Positions 56,050-64,000 of a DNA stretch of 64,000 nucleotides are shown one piece after another (the stretch's first letter is position 1; the number at the start of each line of letters is the position of its first letter). Under the pieces are notes generated by a model. That model saw only the letters and a program-made list of their open reading frames with translations. It was not told the origin of the DNA and searched no databases. The translations under genes were made by a program, and so were the position numbers. This DNA comes from an uncultured Methanoregulaceae archaeon (GTDB taxonomy: Archaea; Halobacteriota; Methanomicrobia; Methanomicrobiales; Methanospirillaceae): assembly GCA_963705255.1 (NCBI GenBank), contig OY970061.1, forward strand, positions 1,504,001 through 1,568,000, written 5' to 3'.

Positions 56050-57251
56050 AGGATTACCTCTACCGATGTTCCCTTTTCCAGGCCTTCGCACCCGGAAGGG
56101 ATCCGGACGAGGCCGTCGCTTTTTACCAGCGTGTTCAGGAGGCCGGCCTTGCCGAAGAGCGGGCTCGCAACCCCGTTGTCGATCCGGACACGGATATATT
56201 CCTCACGTCCTTTCTGGGAGGGGATGCTTTCGCCCAGCACAGCACCGGTGGCGCGGAACACTGGCTTCTTCAGGCCGAGCATCCGGTCAAGAAGGTGGCG
56301 GACGACCACTATGAGAACCACAAATGCTGATGCCGGGTGACCGGGCAGACCGATGACCGGCTTCCCCTCGATCCTGCCGATAATGGTTGGTTTTCCGGGC
56401 GCGATCGCAATCCCGTGGACAAGCACCTCTCCCCTGGCAGCGATGACTCCTGCTGTCATGTCCCGGTCATCCTTGGAACTCCCTCCCGAGAGGAGAACCA
56501 CGTCGCATTCCCTGATTGCCCGGCTGGTCATTGTTTCAAAAACTTCCCGTTCATCGCACACGATCCCGTAGAGCCGTGGCTCGCAGCCGTACTCCACGAG
56601 ATACGCGGCGAGCATGGAGGCATTCGCGTCCCTGACCTGTCCCGGCCCAGGCCGGGCGTTTGCAGGTACCAGTTCGTTGCCAGTTGAAATGATGCCGACT
56701 ACCGGCTTTTTCGCAACCGTGACTTCCGTACAGCCGACTGCCGCAAGCACTCCCGCATCCTGCGGAGTGAGTTTTCTCCCGGCAGCAAGCACGATCTCCC
56801 CCTTCCTGAAGTCATCATCATGCATCAGGAGATTTTCTCCGTGGGAGACCGGCCGTTTCACGAGCACGGTGTCAGCGGTCTCTTCGGTGTGCTCCACCAT
56901 GACTACCGCATCGGCACCTGCCGGAAGGACCCCCCCGGTCGGGATATAGACAGACGTCCCCTGCGTGACCGTAAGGTGGGGATCAGGAAAGCCCATGACA
57001 ACCCTGCCGGTGCACTGGAGGAGGGCGGGGATTGCATCGCTAGATCCGACCGTATCTCCTGAACGGACCGCGTATCCGTCAACAACGGACCGGTCAAAAC
57101 CAGGAATGTCCATATCTGAAGGCACATCAACTGCCAGTACGCGTCCCGTAGCAGATCCGCCCGGTATCTTCTCCGGAACCGGTGCCGGGGCTATACTTGC
57201 AGCCACCGCCACGGCATCCTCGACCGCAACCACATGGAGGAACCTGCTCAT
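56043..57251 (-). CDS. moeA: Molybdopterin molybdotransferase MoeA (gephyrin-like)
   Basis: PGFDRSVVDGYAV, IPTGG.LP.GADAVVMVE, STGNEL, SGGSS, PGKP, LPGHP. Confidence 0.93.
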   Translation of the reverse strand: MSRFLHVVAVEDAVAVAASIAPAPVPEKIPGGSATGRVLAVDVPSDMDIPGFDRSVVDGYAVRSGDTVGSSDAIPALLQCTGRVVMGFPDPHLTVTQGTSVYIPTGGVLPAGADAVVMVEHTEETADTVLVKRPVSHGENLLMHDDDFRKGEIVLAAGRKLTPQDAGVLAAVGCTEVTVAKKPVVGIISTGNELVPANARPGPGQVRDANASMLAAYLVEYGCEPRLYGIVCDEREVFETMTSRAIRECDVVLLSGGSSKDDRDMTAGVIAARGEVLVHGIAIAPGKPTIIGRIEGKPVIGLPGHPASAFVVLIVVVRHLLDRMLGLKKPVFRATGAVLGESIPSQKGREEYIRVRIDNGVASPLFGKAGLLNTLVKSDGLVRIPSGCEGLEKGTSVEVILW

Positions 57252-57310
57252 CCGAAACAGCCCGGTTGGCAACCGCAGATCAGGGTCTTTTTGATCGTCT
57301 CTTCGCCCAT
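57248..57310 (-). CDS. Putative 20-aa Cys-rich peptide MGEETIKKTLICGCQPGCFG, coupled to moeA
   Basis: ATG at 57310 preceded by AGGA; its stop overlaps the moeA start (ATGA); below ORF-track length cutoff. Confidence 0.4.
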   Translation of the reverse strand: MGEETIKKTLICGCQPGCFG

Positions 57311-57455
57311 GGTTATCCTTGTTTGGTATACTTCCTTATTGGGTTTACCTCTTGCGGATCCGGGCAGTCCCAAAGGCGCATGATCCGGGGGATCGGAGGG
57401 ATACGGCATCATATAAGGTTTTCACCCGGAAAAGAAGTATGTACCACTGATGCGG

Positions 57456-57677
57456 ATGAAGAGGCTTGACATCACCGGGAAGACCGGCCCGTACTGCCTG
57501 CATGTCGTTGAGAGAGAAGCAAAGGCTTTAAAGCCATCCGATGAATTAATCATTACCTGCGATAATAACCCCGCTGCCACGACGTTTATTCCAAGGCTGG
57601 CCCACGACAATGGGATGGCACTGGATCTGCGGAAACTGTCTTCGGGCACGTGGGAGATCAGGATAACACGGAAATAA
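57456..57677 (+). CDS. tusA: TusA/SirA-family sulfur carrier (GPYC in place of CPxP)
   Basis: LDITG.TGPYC, L..SDEL.I.CDN.PA...IP, WEI.I; start could be 57450. Confidence 0.75.
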   Translation: MKRLDITGKTGPYCLHVVEREAKALKPSDELIITCDNNPAATTFIPRLAHDNGMALDLRKLSSGTWEIRITRK

Positions 57678-57702
57678 TTCCTCCCGGAGGGCCCGGTGCA
57701 CC

Positions 57703-58950
57703 ATGACCACGCATTTTTTCCTTCTCTCGACACCGGTATCCACCGAGCGGCTCTCGTGGATCGAGGAGAGCCTCAAGTTCTTTTTTGTCCAGCTCTATCC
57801 AGAGACGCTGATGCACCGGGGAAAAACGGAGAGCCCGGTATTCATGTTCATTCTCACGGGCGACGCCCTGTACAGTCTTGAAGACCCGGAGGCACAGCAG
57901 GTCTGGTCCGTTATTCTCTCCCTGACTTCCGTGAAAATCCTGTGCGACCGTCGGGAACTTGAACTCCGCGGCATATCGATCGAGCGGCTCCGGATGAAAT
58001 ATCCCGACCAGCTGATCGACCAGAACGGCCTCGGCCTGGATGGCCAGCCCTCGTTCTGGAAGGATGTTGCCGATCTCATCCGCCAGAACCGGCCACCGCT
58101 CCCGGACTCGGTGGGATGGCTCCAGTCGGAGTCCCCGTACATGCACCGCTCAGCCTGGTATGGTGTCCAGTGCCTCTCGGCCGCACTCGAATCCCGCATG
58201 TCCGTTGAACTGTACGCGTACCTCGACGGCATCCATATCGGCCATGTCGGACAGAATCCTACGGAGCAGGAAAATATCGGGCGCATCATTGAGGAAGTCC
58301 ACGAACGGGCCGGCAGGCAGGACCTCCAGAGCACGATCCTCGGGTGCAACCGGTGTGCAACGGCCCGGGGATACAGTACCTGGGATGACGGGCAGGGGGT
58401 CATCATCTCCACCTGCGCTATCAAGCCTTTCAGGATACGGGACATGAGTGTAATGATCGACAGGTTCGGGCAGAATCACATCATCCTTGCGGACAATGCC
58501 GGGTCCATCCAGCTCCCGAAGAGAGGGCCGGCAATCTCCTTCGATCGCGCGGAGAAGAGCAGCACTGCACCCCCGGTCACGATACTCGTCACAAAAATCC
58601 CGTACAGCACGGAGCACGCCTTTGGCGCGGTCTCGTTTGCGGTTGCCTGTGCACACCAGGGCATCCTCACGAGGGTCATCTTCATGGAAGACGGGGTCTA
58701 TGCCCTTGCCGGGAACCACAAGGCTGCCCCGGATTCGGTGCCCTTTAATTTACAGGACGTGATCAACACGGTGGCCGGCAGCGAGAACCTTCACTTTTTT
58801 GCTCTCACGCCTTCATTCCAGAAAAGGGGTGTCACCAAGAGCAAGACGCTGAACGCGGTCCTCGATATCGGGTTCCCGGGACTGGGTAAGATCTTTTTCT
58901 ATCCGCCGGCCAATGTCCGGGCCGACCACCAGAGGATCCTGTTCTTCTGA
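57703..58950 (+). CDS. Multi-domain DsrE/F/H-family sulfur-relay protein
   Basis: Three DsrE-like modules: LTGDALY...ELELRGI; SPY...YLDGIH...CNRCATARG; TKIPY.TE...IFMEDGVY...SFQKRG. Confidence 0.75.
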   Translation: MTTHFFLLSTPVSTERLSWIEESLKFFFVQLYPETLMHRGKTESPVFMFILTGDALYSLEDPEAQQVWSVILSLTSVKILCDRRELELRGISIERLRMKYPDQLIDQNGLGLDGQPSFWKDVADLIRQNRPPLPDSVGWLQSESPYMHRSAWYGVQCLSAALESRMSVELYAYLDGIHIGHVGQNPTEQENIGRIIEEVHERAGRQDLQSTILGCNRCATARGYSTWDDGQGVIISTCAIKPFRIRDMSVMIDRFGQNHIILADNAGSIQLPKRGPAISFDRAEKSSTAPPVTILVTKIPYSTEHAFGAVSFAVACAHQGILTRVIFMEDGVYALAGNHKAAPDSVPFNLQDVINTVAGSENLHFFALTPSFQKRGVTKSKTLNAVLDIGFPGLGKIFFYPPANVRADHQRILFF

Positions 58951-59275
58951 TGGGGCTTGTGAGCCCGACACGAACGCGGAGCAATAATTTGGCTCACTTT
59001 ACATCAAACAAATTTTTTCAATCGCGTTTTGATGAGAAAACGTAATCAAAATCTGCTGAAATTTTGGTCGCGAGATAGTATACCCTATCACTCTTGGGAA
59101 AAAATCGCAGGTGCCTGTAGCGTTCCCGTTTTTCTTACGCAACCCTTGGATCCACCAGAAGAAGCACCGATGCCGGGTGGTTCCAGTTCAGATACCCGAT
59201 AGTGGTTCTCAGAGTGTCTGAACGAAAATTGTAAGGAAAAATCTTCAGTTAAGAACCTGAATTCCTGAACAGAGT

Positions 59276-59974
59276 CTAACAATCGTCTGGAATAGTACTT
59301 TTTTCTGATAAAACGACCGAGCCGTGTACTGGAAGAACGCCCCAGAGATTTCCTTTCAGCTTGCCGTCTAGGTGGACGTTTATACCGGATGAGGCATTCC
59401 GGGGAGCCTCGAGGATAAGGGAAAAAACTGCCAGCTTCTCTTTCCCTGGAAATTCGATATCCTGTGGTGGCATCGGCGGATATATCTCCCAGTACAACTC
59501 GTGCCCGTTTTTACGCATGCCCTCGTATTCAAGCAGCTCGCAGGGAGGTATATCGAGCGTGTACCCGGTTTTTTTGCTGTAGGTACCGCTTATTTTCTCT
59601 CCCGGGCCGACCAGGAATTCGAACCGGTTTTCCAGGTCATGAGCGCAAACCGGTATCCCCTTCAACGCAGGTACGCTGAAATCCAGGGCCGGGGAAATGG
59701 AGATCCGATTTCCACCGGTTTCAATTATCCCGGTGATGGTATCCTTCCCTTTTGGGGAATAGTCGAGAATTGTTATCTCACGGGAGGAATCAACGGTTAC
59801 GACTGCATTGATGAAACGGGTAGTGGATGGATCCCCTATCCGTAAACTGGCGGTGATTACAAGGGTGTAAAAATCATCGTTGCGCCGGTTCACTTCCCGG
59901 TCAGGGTTTTCGCTGAGAATTCTGGTTATTTCTTCATCGGGGGTCCGGGCTGATATTTTTGTCAGGTAGACCAC
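59276..59974 (-). CDS. Hypothetical protein
   Basis: 232-aa beta-rich ORF with GTG start; no recognisable family. Confidence 0.55.
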   Translation of the reverse strand: MVYLTKISARTPDEEITRILSENPDREVNRRNDDFYTLVITASLRIGDPSTTRFINAVVTVDSSREITILDYSPKGKDTITGIIETGGNRISISPALDFSVPALKGIPVCAHDLENRFEFLVGPGEKISGTYSKKTGYTLDIPPCELLEYEGMRKNGHELYWEIYPPMPPQDIEFPGKEKLAVFSLILEAPRNASSGINVHLDGKLKGNLWGVLPVHGSVVLSEKSTIPDDC

Positions 59975-60542
59975 GGCATTCGGCCGCCCCCTTCAACCCC
60001 CTGCAGAGTGACCGCGGGTTGTGAAGGAGAGGCGCACGATTCATCACCTGTAATTTTCCCGGGACCGGGCAGGTATGCGTCTTTCATCATTCTCGCAGAC
60101 CACAATCCTATTTCAGACCGTAATGCTACTTCAACGGATTCGACTGAAACGTCAATATATGCCATGATCGGTCCTCACTATCACTTTCAATAATGGATTT
60201 ATAAAGCGTTGTGGTAATATCAGGTACTGGAACGAATTGCGGACGTTCATTGAATCTACAGAGGAGTTTGTTCTGGCAAGCGTCCGGAACCATCTCTTCA
60301 CGATCTGAAGCATCCCGGAAACCGATCCCGATGATCGTAGAAGTTCTCCTTTTTATGTCATATTTTCATTCGATTGCTTCAGGAGAAATTACCAGCTGCT
60401 CCCCATTTCTCTCGTGAGTCAACCATCTTGAAAATTTTGAAAAATATGTTAACTGATATGCATTAATGCAACTGTAATTTAACAATGTTTATTTACAATT
60501 CAAAAAATAATTGATAGTTAACACAATTTAGTTGTGATGTGC

Positions 60543-60807
60543 ATGGCGTTTTCAGGTACATGTAAACATGAACCGTTGTACCGGGTGCGGAAACTGCGTG
60601 GTTTCCTGCCCGGTCAATGCCCTCGAGCTCTACACGCTCGACCCCGTGACGAAAGAGAAGATCTACCATGTCAAGGACGGGAAATCCATCAGCCTTGACG
60701 TGAAGATGGAACTCTGCGCAGGATGCGGCGTCTGTGTCGGGGCTTGCCCGTACGAAGTGATCTCCCTCTCCGGAAGGGGTGAAACCGGCGCTATGGCGCT
60801 CATGTAA
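60543..60807 (+). CDS. fwdG: Formylmethanofuran dehydrogenase subunit G, second operon; apparent frameshift near 60555
   Basis: CTGCGNCVVSCP, CAGCGVCVGACP; close paralog of 53573..53837. Confidence 0.85.
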
Positions 60808-60821
60808 TAGGGGGATGGACC

Positions 60822-61232
60822 ATGGCAAAAATTACCCTGAACATGATCACCCAGCGTTCGATCGAGGAAGGAGCAGCGATGGAAAAGGGCAAGACCAACC
60901 CTGACTACTTCGACGCCTGCTCGATCTGCGAGATAAACCCCGAGGACATGAAGAAACTCGGCATCTGGAGGAACACCAATGTGCGGGTGACGAGCGAATG
61001 CGGCAGCGTTATCGTGAAAGCGATCGAGCCAACCCAGTTCTGTCCGCCCGGCCTCGCCCATATCCGGCAGGGAGTCTGGGCAAACCAGGTCGTCCCGCCG
61101 CGGACCCAGTCGACCGGCACTCCCCAGTACAGCGGGTTTCCGGTGACCATCGAACCGGCCATGACAGAAAAATTAAAATCCGCCCTTGAGCTGGTACAGG
61201 GCTCGGTAGGGCTCTGGAAAGGAGGGAAGTAA
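60822..61232 (+). CDS. fwdD: Formylmethanofuran dehydrogenase subunit D, second operon
   Basis: TQRSIEEG, NTNVRVTS, GVWAN, TGTPQYSG. Confidence 0.9.
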   Translation: MAKITLNMITQRSIEEGAAMEKGKTNPDYFDACSICEINPEDMKKLGIWRNTNVRVTSECGSVIVKAIEPTQFCPPGLAHIRQGVWANQVVPPRTQSTGTPQYSGFPVTIEPAMTEKLKSALELVQGSVGLWKGGK

Positions 61233-61233
61233 G

Positions 61234-62611
61234 ATGCCAAAACTGATAAAAGGTGTCGGGTGCCCGTACTGCGGTTCATCCTGCGATGACGTCGAAGTCC
61301 TTGTCTCGGACGATGAGACCAAGATCCTCGAAGTCCACAATGCGTGTATCATCGGGACCAACCTCTTCCACCACGCAAACGATCCCACACGCCCGAAGCT
61401 CCCGCGGATGCGCCAGCCGGACGGCTCGATGAAGGAGATCAGCTACGATGAGGCGGTCGACTACTTCGCAAAGACCCTCCTTGCGGCCAAGAAGCCCCTT
61501 ATCTATGGCTTCGGCTCTACCAACTGCGAGGGCATGAGCGCCGTCGCCCGGATTGCCGAGAAGGCTGGTGCCGTCCTCGACAACTGCGCAACCATCTGCC
61601 ACGGACCGTCGTTCCTTGCCATGTTCGACAACGGTTACCCGAGCTGCACCCTCGGGGAAGTCAAGAACCGTGCCGATGTCGTGGTCTTCTGGGGCTGCAA
61701 CCCGATGCACGCCCACCCCCGCCACACCTCCCGGTACTCGATCTTCCCCCGCGGCTTCTTTACCCAGAAAGGCCAGATGCAGCGGACCATCCTCTCTATC
61801 GACCCGCGCGAGACCGATACCGCAAAACTTGCCGACCACCACCTGATGCTCGACCAGGGCCATGACTACGAGCTCTTCGATGCCTTCCGGACCGTGCTCC
61901 GGGGCTTCGACATCCCTGAGAAGGTTGCAGGTATCCCGAGAGAGAAGATCAAGGAGGCGGTCGAGATCATGAAGAACGCAAAGTTCTGCATGATCTTCTT
62001 CGGCATGGGCTGCACCCATACGGACGGCCGCAACCACAACATCGATGCCGCTATCAGCCTGACCCGCGACCTCAACACCCACACCAAGTGCTCGATCATG
62101 GCGATGCGGGGCCACTACAACATCACCGGTCCCGGCCAGGTCTGGTCCTGGCAGTTCGGGTTCCCGTACCTGTATCGACCTCTCGAAGGGCACCCACGCC
62201 CACATGAACCCGGGCGAGACGAGCTCGATCGATCTTGCGATGCGCGACGAAGTGGACTGCTTTGTCAATGTCGGCACCGATGCGGGAGCCCACTTCCCCA
62301 TCCAGGCTGTCCAGCACTTAAAGAAGCACCCGTTCATCACGGTCGACCCGAACTTCTGCATGGCAAGTGAGATCGCGGACCTCCATATCCCGGTCAGGAT
62401 TGCCGGTGTGGACGAGCCGGGAGTTGTTTATCGCATGGACAATGTCCCGATACAGTTCCGGTCGGTCATCAAGGGCCTGCCGGGCGTCCCGAGCGACGAG
62501 GAACTCTTCGACCGCGTGTACGAGCGGATGTGCGAACTGACCAAGACTGAGCCGATCTGGCTCGCAGCAAAGGCAGACCGGAAATACCCCCAGAACCCGG
62601 CGGTGAGCTGA
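61234..62611 (+). CDS. fwdB: Formylmethanofuran dehydrogenase subunit B, second operon; apparent frameshift near 62170
   Basis: CPYCGSSCDD, TICHG, WGCNPMHAHPRH, MRGHYNI; YRMDNVP in ORF 62204..62611. Confidence 0.92.
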
Positions 62612-62613
62612 GA

Positions 62614-64000
62614 ATGGCATCAGGAGAAATTCTTGTAAAGGGCGGATTCGTTGTCGACCCGACCCGGAAGATGGACGGCGATGTCGCAGATGTTGCCATC
62701 AAGGACGGGAAGATCGTTGACACGGTCAGCTCCTCCGCAAAAGTGATCGATGCAAAGGGCAAGACCGTTATGGCCGGCGCTGTGGATGTCCACGCCCATG
62801 TCGCAGGACCCAAGGTGAATGTCGGCCGCCTGTTCAGGCCCGAGGACAAGCTCTGTTCAGGAGCCTGCAGGAGCGCGATGGCTCAGGAGGGCTACCGGAT
62901 AGAGTCCGGATTCTCAATCCCGAGCACCTTCAAGACCGGGTACGACTATGCCCGTATGGGGTACGCGTTCGTCATGGAAGCCGCGATGCCTCCTCTCTAC
63001 TCCCCGCATATCCATGAGGAGATCCACGATACCCCGATTATCGATGAAGCAGCACTTCCGGTCTTCGGCAACAACTGGTTCGTCATGGATTACATCAAGA
63101 AGGGCGAGGTCGAGAACACAGCAGCCTACATTGCCTGGCTCCTCAAGACAACGAAGGGTTTTGGCGTCAAGTGCGTCAACCCCGGCGGCACTGCAGCCTG
63201 GGGATGGGGCCTCAACTGCTTAACTCTCGATGACCCGGTCCCGTACTTCGAGGTCACCCCCCGCGAGATCATCACTGGCCTGCTTCAGGCTAACGAGTAC
63301 CTCGGTCTCCCCCACTCGATGCACATCCACCAGAACGACCTCGGGAACCCCGGCAACTACCAGCTCACTATAGACTCGCTCAAGCTTGCCGAGAAGGTCA
63401 AGACGAAGAACAAGTTCGGCCGCGAGCAGGTCATGCACTCCACCCACCTCCAGTTCCATTCGTATGGCGGAACCGGCTGGGGCGACTTCGAGTCCAAGGC
63501 AAAGGAAGTCATGGACTACGTGAACAAGAACAAGGCTATCACCGTCGACCTCGGTTGCGTAACCCTCGACGAGACCACCACGATGACCGCCGACGGCCCC
63601 TTCGAGCACCACCTCCACGGGCTCAACCACCTCAAATGGGTAAACGTCGATGTCGAGATGGAGACCGCTGCCGGTGTCGTCCCGTATGTCTACGACCCGA
63701 ACATCAAGGTCTGCGACATCCAGTGGGCGATCGGCCTCGAGCTCGGGCTCTTTGCAAAGGACATGAACCGGGTTTTCGTCAGTACCGGATCATCCCAATG
63801 CCGGGCCGTTCACCCGGTACCCCCGTGTTATCAAGTGGCTGATGTCCAAGAAGGCCCGCGAAGCAGTGCTCGACTCATTCAAGCACAAGGACAAGGTCAT
63901 CGACGCCACAAACATTCACGGCATCGACCGCGAACTCACCCTCTTCGAGATCGCCCAGATGACCCGTTCCGGACCTGCAAAATGCCTTGGCCTTGCAAAT
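62614..64000 (+). CDS. fwdA: Formylmethanofuran dehydrogenase subunit A, second operon; partial, apparent frameshifts near 62853 and 63787
   Basis: Manual translation: DVHAHVAGPKVN, EAAMPPL, NPGG, PHSMHIH, ETTTMTADGP, HPNAGPFTRYP. Confidence 0.9.
   Translation, partial: MASGEILVKGGFVVDPTRKMDGDVADVAIKDGKIVDTVSSSAKVIDAKGKTVMAGAVDVHAHVAGPKVNVGRLFRPEDKLCSGACRSAMAQEGYRIESGFSIPSTFKTGYDYARMGYAFVMEAAMPPLYSPHIHEEIHDTPIIDEAALPVFGNNWFVMDYIKKGEVENTAAYIAWLLKTTKGFGVKCVNPGGTAAWGWGLNCLTLDDPVPYFEVTPREIITGLLQANEYLGLPHSMHIHQNDLGNPGNYQLTIDSLKLAEKVKTKNKFGREQVMHSTHLQFHSYGGTGWGDFESKAKEVMDYVNKNKAITVDLGCVTLDETTTMTADGPFEHHLHGLNHLKWVNVDVEMETAAGVVPYVYDPNIKVCDIQWAIGLELGLFAKDMNRVFVSTGSSQCRAVHPVPPCYQVADVQEGPRSSARLIQAQGQGHRRHKHSRHRPRTHPLRDRPDDPFRTCKMPWPCK

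Noticed and set aside
59980-60040. Imperfect GC-rich hairpin upstream of 59276..59974
   Set aside because: Single imperfect stem with no second copy in the window; too weak to call a riboswitch or repeat
53821-60559. Identical extra base after MAFS in both fwdG copies, suggesting programmed frameshifting
   Set aside because: Both sit at GTAC, the same context as many other apparent errors, and no slippery sequence is evident; revisit only if short reads confirm it
51823-62611. Selenocysteine-containing FwuB
   Set aside because: Both B subunits have a normal Cys codon in the CHG motif and no in-frame TGA
1-64000. Mass pseudogenisation suggested by split ORFs (pyrG, argD, fwdA, fwdB, moeA and others)
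   Set aside because: Core genes are hit by short indels with no in-frame stops or other decay, and the indels sit at homopolymers or AGCT/GTAC; sequencing error is far more likely

Overview
Archaeal chromosome segment from a hydrogenotrophic methanogen of the Methanomicrobiales (gene content and style suggest Methanoregula-like; the genus is an inference). Left part: housekeeping genes (argD, guaA, pyrG, hisD), a NosD-type receptor Ser/Thr kinase paired with an ArsR-FHA regulator, a COG1361/LolD/FtsX ABC module, and an operon of glycosyltransferase, TPR-wHTH protein and orphan BrxD ATPase. Middle part (21-45 kb): a metal/surface accessory block with modABC, TOBE proteins, eight class III signal-peptide (type IV pilin-like) genes including three A/B pairs, a SAM methyltransferase, DUF364, FmdE, two ECF-like membrane paralogs, a small peptide plus radical SAM/twitch enzyme, and a pilus ATPase plus platform protein. 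Right part: a sulfite reductase-like protein and two divergent formylmethanofuran dehydrogenase operons that bracket two moeA genes and a TusA/DsrE sulfur relay. About 25 apparent short frameshifts interrupt otherwise intact genes. Most lie at AGCT or GTAC, which suggests methylation-driven long-read errors rather than pseudogenes. I recognised no rRNA, tRNA, CRISPR array or transposase. All calls come from reading motifs by eye; no database searches were run.
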